64,000 bases of DNA from a virus: positions 5,713 to 69,712 of IMG/VR virus record IMGVR_UViG_3300030098_000945; one strand, given 5' to 3'. Position 1 is the stretch's first letter, and every line of letters starts with the position of its first letter. Under the pieces are notes generated by a model. The model was not told where the DNA came from. It made no database searches and saw nothing but the letters and a program-made list of their open reading frames with translations. The translations under genes were made by a program, and so were the position numbers. Shown here one piece after another: positions 1 through 9,210 of the stretch.

Positions 1-1
1 T

Positions 2-1459
2 GTACCGCTAGATCAAAGAGACAAAGCATTAGAAGAAGCAAAAAAAGATCCAAGATTACAACCAGATGATGTTCAAAAATTAATAACTTCTTTTAATGTT
101 AAAAAAACATCCATAGATCATAAGAATAGATCTAATGTTACTACTATGGTAGAAAATGTTAAAAAAGGATTTCCTTTAAGTCAAGCTGATTATGAGAATG
201 CTGTTAATATTGCAATCAATACAGAAGATCAAATAACTTTAAATAAATTAGAACAACTTGCAAAAGATGCAAATATTTACGCTCAGTTAGCAACCATGAG
301 TGTTGGCGAAATTGAAAATAGAAAAAATATTTTACTTGAATTTCAAAAAACAAAGGGATCTTTAAGTTTAGATGATACAAATAATTTAAGAATTACAACT
401 GAATATTTATCAAAATTAACAAGTGATTTAAACAAAGATCAACTAATGACAGCCAATGAAAGAAATATTGGTGTATCTATTCAAGATATTGGATTTGAAA
501 AATTATTAACAGGAGAATTAAAGCCAGAAGATTTTACAGAAAAAGTAAAACAAAGAATTGGAAATGCTTATGCCGTAGCAAATCATTATAAAAGGGATGT
601 TGTTTTTTTTACTAATAATGAAAAAAAAGCAATCCAAGCAGCATATCAACAAGCAGATACACCAGGTCAAATCATTAAATTAACAACGGCATTAGTTCAA
701 TCTTTTGGTATGGAAAGCGATAAGGCTTTTGCACAATTTAGTAAAGAAGATAGTTTTTTTGCACATATTGGAGGATTGGTTATGCAAACAGGCGGAGCTG
801 GAGATAATGTTAAGTTAGCTGTTGAAGGATTTTTATTAATGCAAGGTGAAGAAAATAAAAAAATATATTCTGTTAAAAACGAAGATAGAGCAAGTGTTGT
901 CGATGAATACAGCTCTGCTTTTTTAATGAACCGAGATACTCAAAATTCAACAATAGAGGCTGCAAATTATATTTATGCAGCTCAATTAAAAAATGCTGGT
1001 AAATCTGGTTTTGATAGTTTTGACAAATTTGCTTATGAGAAAGCATTTAAAATGGCAGCGGGTGCAACTTATGTAGCTGGAGTTATGGGATCTAAAAATT
1101 TTGATGCTTTTTACGGTGGCTTTGATGAACATAACGATAATAAAGTTTATATTCCAGGATGGTTACAAGAAGGTAAATTTGATGATGTTGTTAAAACATT
1201 AAAAGATCATCCAGAATTAATAGATATGGGTTCAACCAATGGTAAGGCTCCTGTTGCTATTAATGGAGAACTAATAGATGTATTTGCGGGTGATGCTCCA
1301 TATTTTATTAGTGTAGGTGATGGAGTTTATTTAATAGGTGTTGGTGATAATCCCAAAGATGTTACTGGTGAACCAAAGTATTTATTAAATAGTGATGGTG
1401 GATATTTCAAACTTGATCTCAATAAAATTAAAGGGGATCTACAACCTTATATACAATAA
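2..1459 (+). CDS. Internal virion (ejection) protein, 5'-truncated by window
   Basis: Frame is open from base 2 (the ATG at 146 is internal); large helical protein in the same position as 38478-40670. Confidence 0.65.
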   Translation, partial: VPLDQRDKALEEAKKDPRLQPDDVQKLITSFNVKKTSIDHKNRSNVTTMVENVKKGFPLSQADYENAVNIAINTEDQITLNKLEQLAKDANIYAQLATMSVGEIENRKNILLEFQKTKGSLSLDDTNNLRITTEYLSKLTSDLNKDQLMTANERNIGVSIQDIGFEKLLTGELKPEDFTEKVKQRIGNAYAVANHYKRDVVFFTNNEKKAIQAAYQQADTPGQIIKLTTALVQSFGMESDKAFAQFSKEDSFFAHIGGLVMQTGGAGDNVKLAVEGFLLMQGEENKKIYSVKNEDRASVVDEYSSAFLMNRDTQNSTIEAANYIYAAQLKNAGKSGFDSFDKFAYEKAFKMAAGATYVAGVMGSKNFDAFYGGFDEHNDNKVYIPGWLQEGKFDDVVKTLKDHPELIDMGSTNGKAPVAINGELIDVFAGDAPYFISVGDGVYLIGVGDNPKDVTGEPKYLLNSDGGYFKLDLNKIKGDLQPYIQ

Positions 1460-3972
1460 TGAGTATATTTTACGATACAAAAAACACAGAAACAATACAA
1501 CCATACGAAAGTTTAGCCAAAGGCAAAAGAACAGATTTTAGAGATAACTTTTCATCTGCTTGGGATGCTTTTACAAAAACTGAAATGATCTTATCTGAAA
1601 TAAACAATTTAGATGAGGCTTATGGTAATATGAATGAAATATTAACTAAAGCGGGTCATACTAATTTTATATCTCCAACTGATCCAGATAATTATATGGT
1701 GGATGATACAGAAGTACCACCTTCAAGAAGATCTTTAGAAGAAGCATATTGGAAACAAATTGCTGAAGTTATTGCACAAGATGAAAATTTAAAAAATCTT
1801 TTAGTTGAAGCTGGTTTAGATACCCAAGAAAATATGCACAAACTTATTGCAGAACAAAGTCATAGTGCTTGGAAAAATTTTGCAGATATTTCTGAAAGAG
1901 CTACAACAATGGGTAAAGTCGGTGGATTTACTGGTATAGCCTCTGGAGCATTTACAGATCCAGTAATGCTTGCAACGCTACCAATATCTATGATGTATTC
2001 TGTTCCAGCTAATTTTAGTAAAGCTGCTTGGAAAGTTGCAAAAATAGAAACAGTATTAGCTGGTATTGCCGAGACTGCTATACAATTAAAATCTCAACCT
2101 TATAGAAAAGAACTTGGTTTTGAAGATGCTGGTTTAGAAACTGGATTAAAAAATATTGCAATGGTTTCTCTTGCAGCTGGTACAATTTCACCAGCTTTGT
2201 TAGGAGTATTTAAAGCATTTGGTAAAGGTATTGAGGTTGGTAAAAAACATTTATTTAAACTATCTGATGAAGAGTTAAATACTGTTTCAAAAGAAATGGG
2301 AGAAATTAATCCTAAATTTAAAGATGAAACTTTAGATAATCATAAATTACCAGAAAAAGATAATCCTTTTCCAGACAATAGAGCTGGCAGAACAGAACAT
2401 AACGAAAGATTAAACGATACTTTAAAAGCAATTCAAAATGGAGAAGATGTAAATTTAGCAGCTCCTAGAAACCAAACAGTTCCAGATAATTTAGTTCCTC
2501 CAGGAAAAATTAAACCTGGAGAATTTTTTGATATTTTTGATAATGATGGAAATATTGTTAATGTTCAAGCTGTTGCAATAAGTAAAAAAACAGGAAGTAT
2601 TAAAATAAAATTAGCCGATGGTTCTGAAAGAGTTATATCTATAGATCCAAAATCTTCTGCTTTTCAAAGTATAAGAAATCCTAATTATGTAATTAGATCT
2701 GCTGGTTTAAATGCACAAGGTAAGACAGTTTCTCAATTAAAAAAAAAAGAATTAACACAATTAAGAAAAAAATTACAAGATAGAAAAAATCAAATGGAAA
2801 CTGAAGGCACGACTAATCAAGGTGCTTATAGAGATACATTGGAAGATTTAAACTCTATAGATTTTAACATCAATAAAGCTACAAACGAAACAAACTCTCC
2901 AAATATTAATAAAGCTAATTTTAATAAAAATGAAAGTAAGTTAGCTGAAGATTTAGAAAATGTTAAAGATTTTGATGTACCAAGTGAAGCAGCTTACAGA
3001 AATCAAGCCTTAAATAATGAAGTATCTATGTTTGACACATCTACTTCTTCTTCCATTAAAAGTGGAGCCGAGGCTGGTGCTGCTGCCAAAACATCGCCAA
3101 CAGTATTATCTGATAAACTCCAAGATTTAACTAAAGGATCCCAAAAAACAGACGCAACTCCAGTATCAGTTTTAGCCAAAGCTAATACTGTTCCACCACT
3201 ATTTCGTGGTTCTAAAACTAATAAAGTTGGTGATAAAAGTGCCATAACTAAAAAGGTAATATATCATAAATCCGATGATTTCAATACGATCTACAATACA
3301 TTATCTAAAAAAATTGAGGATGTTAAGAAAGAATTACAACCTATAGCAACAAAATATAATGGCGATTTAAAGGCAAGAGTAAAAGAGTTAAAAGAGTTAA
3401 ATAAAAAAACAAATAAAGGAATAAAAGCAGTGCATATTTCTGATTATTTGGGTGCTAGAATATCAACAGATACAATATTAGAGGCTAAACTAGCAGTAGC
3501 AGAAATTAATAAAAAATATAAAATTATTGGTGGTATTGATGATTTTTTAACTGATGCTGGCAGAGCTGGTAGTGAGTATAGAGCTATTCATATCCAGGCT
3601 TTAACTAATGATGGTTTTACATTTGAAATACAAATTAGAGTAAAAGATTTAGACCCATTAACAGAACAATCTCACACTATTTATAAAAAGAAAACATGGG
3701 CGGAAAAAGAATACACAGACGCAGAATATAATAAAATTGTAAAAGAAGAGGCGGAAATAAATAAAAAATTAAAAGCTAAATATTTTGAAATAAAAGATAA
3801 AGAATTTATTAAATTAAATAGCGATGATCCTTTAGATTTTCCAATACCTATCGGTCAAAGAGTAGATGAGGCTACAGGCGAAAAAGTAGCTCTAACTAAA
3901 ACAGCAAGAGAATTATTTGAAGAAGAAGGCAAAACTAAAACAATGTTAGAAAGATTGAAAGATTGCGTATGA
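1459..3972 (+). CDS. Internal virion (ejection) protein with C-terminal RelA/SpoT-family nucleotidyltransferase domain
   Basis: Hydrophobic GxxxG-rich N-terminal region (AFTDP) like 40670-41956; motifs RVK (~3376), DYLGAR (3442), YRAIH (3577), EIQIR (3625), SHTIYK (3670). Confidence 0.85.
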   Translation: MSIFYDTKNTETIQPYESLAKGKRTDFRDNFSSAWDAFTKTEMILSEINNLDEAYGNMNEILTKAGHTNFISPTDPDNYMVDDTEVPPSRRSLEEAYWKQIAEVIAQDENLKNLLVEAGLDTQENMHKLIAEQSHSAWKNFADISERATTMGKVGGFTGIASGAFTDPVMLATLPISMMYSVPANFSKAAWKVAKIETVLAGIAETAIQLKSQPYRKELGFEDAGLETGLKNIAMVSLAAGTISPALLGVFKAFGKGIEVGKKHLFKLSDEELNTVSKEMGEINPKFKDETLDNHKLPEKDNPFPDNRAGRTEHNERLNDTLKAIQNGEDVNLAAPRNQTVPDNLVPPGKIKPGEFFDIFDNDGNIVNVQAVAISKKTGSIKIKLADGSERVISIDPKSSAFQSIRNPNYVIRSAGLNAQGKTVSQLKKKELTQLRKKLQDRKNQMETEGTTNQGAYRDTLEDLNSIDFNINKATNETNSPNINKANFNKNESKLAEDLENVKDFDVPSEAAYRNQALNNEVSMFDTSTSSSIKSGAEAGAAAKTSPTVLSDKLQDLTKGSQKTDATPVSVLAKANTVPPLFRGSKTNKVGDKSAITKKVIYHKSDDFNTIYNTLSKKIEDVKKELQPIATKYNGDLKARVKELKELNKKTNKGIKAVHISDYLGARISTDTILEAKLAVAEINKKYKIIGGIDDFLTDAGRAGSEYRAIHIQALTNDGFTFEIQIRVKDLDPLTEQSHTIYKKKTWAEKEYTDAEYNKIVKEEAEINKKLKAKYFEIKDKEFIKLNSDDPLDFPIPIGQRVDEATGEKVALTKTARELFEEEGKTKTMLERLKDCV
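3003..3245 (-). CDS. Nested antisense 80-aa protein, candidate immunity/antitoxin for the RelA/SpoT domain
   Basis: Globular acidic sequence (VFWDPLVKSW...LMEEEV) while the sense frame here is an S/T/A/P/K linker; TTGAAA...TGATATATT promoter-like sequence just upstream. Confidence 0.65.
   Translation of the reverse strand: MALLSPTLLVLEPRNSGGTVLALAKTDTGVASVFWDPLVKSWSLSDNTVGDVLAAAPASAPLLMEEEVDVSNIDTSLFKA
3258..3284 (-). promoter_or_regulatory. Putative promoter of the nested antisense ORF
   Basis: Minus strand TTGAAA-tcatcggattta-TG-a-TATATT, 12 nt before the ATG at 3245. Confidence 0.45.
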
Positions 3973-6506
3973 GTAGTTTTAAACAATGTATTATTAATGG
4001 TTTTAAAGAAGGTTTAATTAGTGCTGAACAAGCTGATAAATTAAATAAAAATTTAGACGAAGTTACCGAATTTTATCAATTTAGAAAAGGGTTAAGCAAA
4101 TCAGAGGCGGAAAGAGCAGCTGCTAAAAAAACATACGATGAATTAAAAATAGAAGAAGCTAACAAATTAAGAATTACCTTATTACAAAAAGCAAAGATTG
4201 ATGAAATAACTACTTTATTTGCAACCTATAGAAATGCAAATGGTGAAATAGACATGGCTAATGCTTATAGATCTCTTTATGCCGTAGATCAACACGCTTT
4301 AACTCCAAATATAGAAAATCAAATTATTAATGAGGGAAATAAAGCAAATAAATTTATGGTAAATGTTTTAGAGCAAATGAGATATAAATTAGGTGGTAGG
4401 CAAACCAAACTTCAAAAAGCTACTTTAAGATTAGTGGTTAAAGAGCTAATGGGAGAAAATACTGGAAATGTAAATGCTAAACAATTAGCGGATGCCTGGA
4501 GACAAACAGCTGAACATTTAAGAAAAAGAGCCAATAGTTTTGGTATGAAAATATTATCAAGAAAAGATTGGGGATTACCACAATTACACGACACATTATT
4601 AGTTAAATCCGTTTCTAAAGAAGATTGGATTGATTTTATTTTACCTAAATTAGATTTAGATAAAATGGTTAATGAAACAACTGGTTTACCTTTTAATGAT
4701 AAAACAATTAGACAAGCATTAAGTGGAGTTTATGATAATATTTCAACAGAAGGAATGGCAACCTTTAAACCAGGAACATCTGCTTATGGTAGAGCTTTAC
4801 ATAATAGAAGATTAGATCATAGATTTTTAGCTTTTAAAAGTGCTGACGATTGGATGGAATACCAAACAAGATTTGGTTCTCCAGATCCATTTAAAACAAT
4901 GCTAGAGCATATCAACGGTATGTCGAGAGATATTGCTATGCTTAAAATACTTGGACCAAACCCAGACGCAACGCATACTTGGGCGTTAGGTATGATTAAA
5001 AAACAAATGAAAATTGATGCAGCTGCGGAGGCACAAGGTAAATTTAAAAGAAAAAAATTAAATAAATTTAGAAATGAAGAAGATAGAACTAATTGGATTA
5101 TAGAAAATATAAATAATTTATACGCACACCATAAAGGAACTTTACACAAACCTATTGATGGATTTTTTGGAAGAACTTTTGCGGCTTTAAGGCAGTTATT
5201 AACTTCTGCACAATTAGGAGGTGCTGCAATTATGGCAATTACTGATTTTCATTGGTCGAGAATGACTGCTAAATTTAACGGTTTACCAGCAACTAAAGCT
5301 AATGCAACAGCCGTAAAATTACTAGCTGAAGGGATTAAAAAAGATAAAGCTCTAGCAAGAACAGCAATTAGACTTGGATTAATAACTGAAAGTTGGAATA
5401 CTATTGCTGGTGTTCAAACTAGATACTTAAATGATGTAGAGGCTCCAGTTTGGTCTAAAAGAGTTTCTGATTTTGTATTAAGAGGATCTGGATTATCACA
5501 CATAACTCAATCTGGTAAATGGGCGTTTGGTATGACAGTAATGGGAGAGCTTGCAGAACAAAGCGGAAAATCATTTAATAAATTAGATCCAAAATTATCA
5601 GCACAATTAAAAAAATATGGCATAGGAGCTGATGAATGGGAAATTATTAGAACAACAAAATTATATGATGCTGGTGCAGATGAACCAACAATGATTGGTA
5701 AAGGTGCTACTTTTTTAAGACCAGACGATATTCATGCTAGAGCTGATTTAGATGAGGCAACAAGAGAATTTTTAACTACAAGGTTAATGACTTATGTTAC
5801 TAATGAAACTAACTTTGCTGTACCATCATCATCTGCAAAAGGTAGAGTAACTTTAGCTGGATCTTCTCAACCAGGTACATTTAAAGGGGAATTAATGAAC
5901 TCTGTTTTAATGTATAAAAACTTTCCAATAACATTAGGAATGACACATTTGAATAGAGGGTTTCAACAAAAAGGATTAATTGGTAAAGCCAAATATTTAG
6001 TACCTATGATTATTGGTGGTACTGTAATGGGATCTTTAGCTTATGAAATAAAACAAGTTGCAGCTGGTAAAAAACCAACTTCTCCAGAAAATATGAATAC
6101 TAGATATTGGATGAATGCTATGGTTTATGGTGGTGGATTAGGAATATTTGGTGATTTCTTATTTTCAGATCAAAATAGATATGGTGGATCTTTTAGTAAA
6201 ACATTAGCTGGACCAGTAGCATCTTTTATTGGGGATGCTATCATGTTAACATTTGGTAATCTTCAACAAGCATTAACTGGAGAAAAAACTAATGCTGGTA
6301 AAGAGCTTGCAGCATTTATTCAAAGATATACTCCTGGATCATCCCTTTGGTATACAAGATTAGCTTATGAAAGACTTATAATGGATACACTTGAAAAGTT
6401 AATAAATCCTAATTTTGACAAAGATAATAGAAGAAATATTAAAAAATTAAAGTCTCGAACTGGACAAGAATATTGGTGGAAACCAGGAGAAATAACACCA
6501 AATTAA
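3969..6506 (+). CDS. Large internal virion (ejection) protein
   Basis: Position before the tail fibre; C-terminal hydrophobic GGGLGIFGDF motif shared with 41956-44442. Confidence 0.75.
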   Translation: MSSFKQCIINGFKEGLISAEQADKLNKNLDEVTEFYQFRKGLSKSEAERAAAKKTYDELKIEEANKLRITLLQKAKIDEITTLFATYRNANGEIDMANAYRSLYAVDQHALTPNIENQIINEGNKANKFMVNVLEQMRYKLGGRQTKLQKATLRLVVKELMGENTGNVNAKQLADAWRQTAEHLRKRANSFGMKILSRKDWGLPQLHDTLLVKSVSKEDWIDFILPKLDLDKMVNETTGLPFNDKTIRQALSGVYDNISTEGMATFKPGTSAYGRALHNRRLDHRFLAFKSADDWMEYQTRFGSPDPFKTMLEHINGMSRDIAMLKILGPNPDATHTWALGMIKKQMKIDAAAEAQGKFKRKKLNKFRNEEDRTNWIIENINNLYAHHKGTLHKPIDGFFGRTFAALRQLLTSAQLGGAAIMAITDFHWSRMTAKFNGLPATKANATAVKLLAEGIKKDKALARTAIRLGLITESWNTIAGVQTRYLNDVEAPVWSKRVSDFVLRGSGLSHITQSGKWAFGMTVMGELAEQSGKSFNKLDPKLSAQLKKYGIGADEWEIIRTTKLYDAGADEPTMIGKGATFLRPDDIHARADLDEATREFLTTRLMTYVTNETNFAVPSSSAKGRVTLAGSSQPGTFKGELMNSVLMYKNFPITLGMTHLNRGFQQKGLIGKAKYLVPMIIGGTVMGSLAYEIKQVAAGKKPTSPENMNTRYWMNAMVYGGGLGIFGDFLFSDQNRYGGSFSKTLAGPVASFIGDAIMLTFGNLQQALTGEKTNAGKELAAFIQRYTPGSSLWYTRLAYERLIMDTLEKLINPNFDKDNRRNIKKLKSRTGQEYWWKPGEITPN

Positions 6507-6509
6507 TTA

Positions 6510-6580
6510 TAGACACTATGGATAAATTTTAATAAAGAGAAACATAGTGTAGGATTTTAATGCCTACAAATCACTTTCTC
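6510..6580 (+). promoter_or_regulatory. Conserved tail-fibre leader: TAGACA-N17-TAAAGA promoter plus GAGAAA..GTAGG/CCTAC..TTTCTC inverted repeat
   Basis: Same layout at 44450-44521 despite divergent upstream genes. Confidence 0.55.
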
Positions 6581-6600
6581 ACAACCTAAATATAAAAATT

Positions 6601-9195
6601 ATGACAATATCAAGTACAACTTTACGTAACTCATATAGTGGTAACGGATCCACGACTGAGTTTTCGTACACATTTCCGATTAATTCAACTTCAGAAATTT
6701 CTGTAATTGAAAGATCGGCTACTGGAACAGAAACAGTTAAATCAGAAGGATCTGGTTCTACTAACTATTCAATAGTTGACAATGGAGCTAGCGGTGGAAC
6801 GGTAACTATGGTTACAGCTCCCGCATCGGGAACTACTTTGGTTCTTTTAAGAAACACAACTTTAACGCAAGAAACAGATTATGTTGCAAATGATCCTTTT
6901 GGAGCTGAAACGCATGAAGATGCTTTGGATAAACTCCAAATGCAAAACCAAGAATTACAAGAAGAATTAGATAGATCATTTAAAGTTTCAAAAACAAATA
7001 CTATTACTTCAGCTGAATTTACAACATCTGCAACAGACAGAGCTAGTAAAACTTTAGGATTTGATAGTTCAGGAAACTTAACAACTGTTGCTGATTTCCT
7101 TCCAGCTGGAGGAGACAGCGCACAATTTACTTATTCAACAACTACAACAGATAGTGATCCGGGTTCAGGATATATTCGTTTTAACAACGCAACTCTTTCT
7201 TCTGCGACTATTGCTTATGTGGATGACAATGAAGCAAATGGAACTGATGTTTCAGCTTGGGTTCAAAGTTTTGATGATGTAACTGGTAATGCGACTAACA
7301 GAGGAAGAATTAGATTATCAAAAGCAAATACCTTAGATGTATGGCATGTTTGGAAAGTTTCAGGAGCTGTTACAGATGCTAGTGGTTATACAAAATTAGC
7401 TTTAACTTATATTGATGGAGCTGGTGCTTTAGCAGCAGATGATAAAGTATTTTTATCATTTACTGCATCTGGAGAAGATGGAGCAATTCCGGGTTACTAT
7501 TATAAATTTGATACTGGAACAAGTGATGCTGATCCGGGAGCTGGAGAGATTTCTTTTAACAACGGAACCTACGCATCTGTAACCGCAATTTATATTGACG
7601 ATGCTGATGCAAATGGAGTTACTACTCAAACCGATACGATTACTTGGGATGATAGCACTTCAACAATTAAAGGCTATATTCATATAGTTGATATTAACGA
7701 CAGCACTACATACGCAAGATTTTCTATAACTGGTAGTTCAACCGATGCTTCTGGCTATAATAAATTAGCTGTTACTCATTTGGTTTCAAATAATACTTTT
7801 TCTGCTGACGATGAGCTTTCAGTTCACTTTACAAGACAAGGAGATAAAGGAGATACTGGTGCAACTGGTTCTACTGGAAGCACAGGATCAACTGGCTCAA
7901 CTGGAGCAAGTGGAACTAACTCACAACTTTCAATGACTTGGAGTAGCTCAACTTCTGATGCTGATCCAGGTAGTGGTAAAATAGCTTTTAATCATGCAAC
8001 ACTTTCAAGCGTTTCAATTTTATATGTAGATGATGCAGACGATGCCTCTGCTGATATTTCTGGTTATGTTCAATCTTGGGATGATGTTTCAAACTCAACA
8101 GCAAGAGGAATTGTAACTATAACTAAAGAAGGAACTGCATCAACTTATGCAATCTTTAAAGTAAGTGGTGCTGTAACCGATGCTTCTGGTTATACAAAAG
8201 TTCCAGTAACTCATGTTGTATCCAATGGTTCATTTTCTAATACAGATGGAGTTGGAGTTCATTTTGGTTTTTCTGGTGCTGATACTTCTTTAGCTTATAA
8301 ATTAGAAGGTACTAATTTTAGTAATTCTTTATTAATTGGTCATTCAACAACAGGAACTTTAAGCTCTGCTGAAAAAAATACAGGAGTTGGTCTAGCCGCT
8401 TTAGATGCAATAACACAAGGTGATAAAAATGTAGCAGTTGGTTATTCATCTGGTTCATCCATAACTACAGGTAATAGAAATATGGTGTTTGGTAATGAAG
8501 CTGGTGATGGTTTAACAACTGGTAGTGATAATGTTAATATTGGAGATAGTGCTGCTTATTATAATGTTTCTGGTAGCGAAAATGTTGCTATAGGTAAAAG
8601 TGCTATGCAAGGTGCATCTGGTCAAAGTAATTCTTATAATATTGCTTTAGGAGTAGATGCTTTAAAAAATATAACTACTGGTGGTCGTAATATTGGAATT
8701 GGTTATCAATCTGGAGATAATATAACTTCTGGTTCTGGTAATGTAATGATTGGTGCTGGTATAGATTTAGGTTCTGCAACAGGAGCAAGACAATTAAAAA
8801 TTGCTGGTAATGATGGTTCAACAACTACGACTTGGATTGAAGGCAGTAGTGCTGGAGTAGTAACTTTTAATGCTGCTAATGTAACTCAACAAGCAATTAC
8901 ATCTTCATCAAATGCTGTAGCTTGGGATGCTTCTGCTAAACCAAATGCTTATCATCAAACAACTGAAAATACGACTTTTTCTGCACCAAGTAATGCAGTT
9001 GAAGGTGCATTTATTTGTTTAGAAATTAATTACAACGGATCGCATACGATTGGCTGGAATACAGTTTTTGAATTTGCAGCAAGTACAGAACCAACTGAAA
9101 CTGCAACAGATGGTAAAACCGATCTTCATGTCTTTAGATATAATGGCGCTGTTTGGCAAGAAGTAGGAAGAACATTAAATTTAAGTGAAAGTTAA
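6601..9195 (+). CDS. Tail fibre protein (three DPGxG repeats, short GXX repeat, YadA-like NxAxG head repeats)
   Basis: T7-fibre-like N-terminus (YSGNGSTTEFSYTF); homologue at 44541. Confidence 0.85.
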   Translation: MTISSTTLRNSYSGNGSTTEFSYTFPINSTSEISVIERSATGTETVKSEGSGSTNYSIVDNGASGGTVTMVTAPASGTTLVLLRNTTLTQETDYVANDPFGAETHEDALDKLQMQNQELQEELDRSFKVSKTNTITSAEFTTSATDRASKTLGFDSSGNLTTVADFLPAGGDSAQFTYSTTTTDSDPGSGYIRFNNATLSSATIAYVDDNEANGTDVSAWVQSFDDVTGNATNRGRIRLSKANTLDVWHVWKVSGAVTDASGYTKLALTYIDGAGALAADDKVFLSFTASGEDGAIPGYYYKFDTGTSDADPGAGEISFNNGTYASVTAIYIDDADANGVTTQTDTITWDDSTSTIKGYIHIVDINDSTTYARFSITGSSTDASGYNKLAVTHLVSNNTFSADDELSVHFTRQGDKGDTGATGSTGSTGSTGSTGASGTNSQLSMTWSSSTSDADPGSGKIAFNHATLSSVSILYVDDADDASADISGYVQSWDDVSNSTARGIVTITKEGTASTYAIFKVSGAVTDASGYTKVPVTHVVSNGSFSNTDGVGVHFGFSGADTSLAYKLEGTNFSNSLLIGHSTTGTLSSAEKNTGVGLAALDAITQGDKNVAVGYSSGSSITTGNRNMVFGNEAGDGLTTGSDNVNIGDSAAYYNVSGSENVAIGKSAMQGASGQSNSYNIALGVDALKNITTGGRNIGIGYQSGDNITSGSGNVMIGAGIDLGSATGARQLKIAGNDGSTTTTWIEGSSAGVVTFNAANVTQQAITSSSNAVAWDASAKPNAYHQTTENTTFSAPSNAVEGAFICLEINYNGSHTIGWNTVFEFAASTEPTETATDGKTDLHVFRYNGAVWQEVGRTLNLSES

Positions 9196-9210
9196 TAGGA
9201 GTTAAAATAT

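Noticed and set aside
4412-5149. Antisense ORFs 4412-4594 and 4817-5149 (and similar ones at 9468, 22436, 30908, 32829, 42813, 43230, 44819, 47116, 53756, 55604, 56698)
   Set aside because: Shadow frames of strong genes with S/L/F/I-rich composition; the opposite frame is clearly the real protein, unlike 3003-3245
7840-7915. 9-bp periodic repeat (also about 45781-45855)
   Set aside because: Encodes the GXX (GST) collagen-like linker of the tail fibre; not a CRISPR array or non-coding repeat
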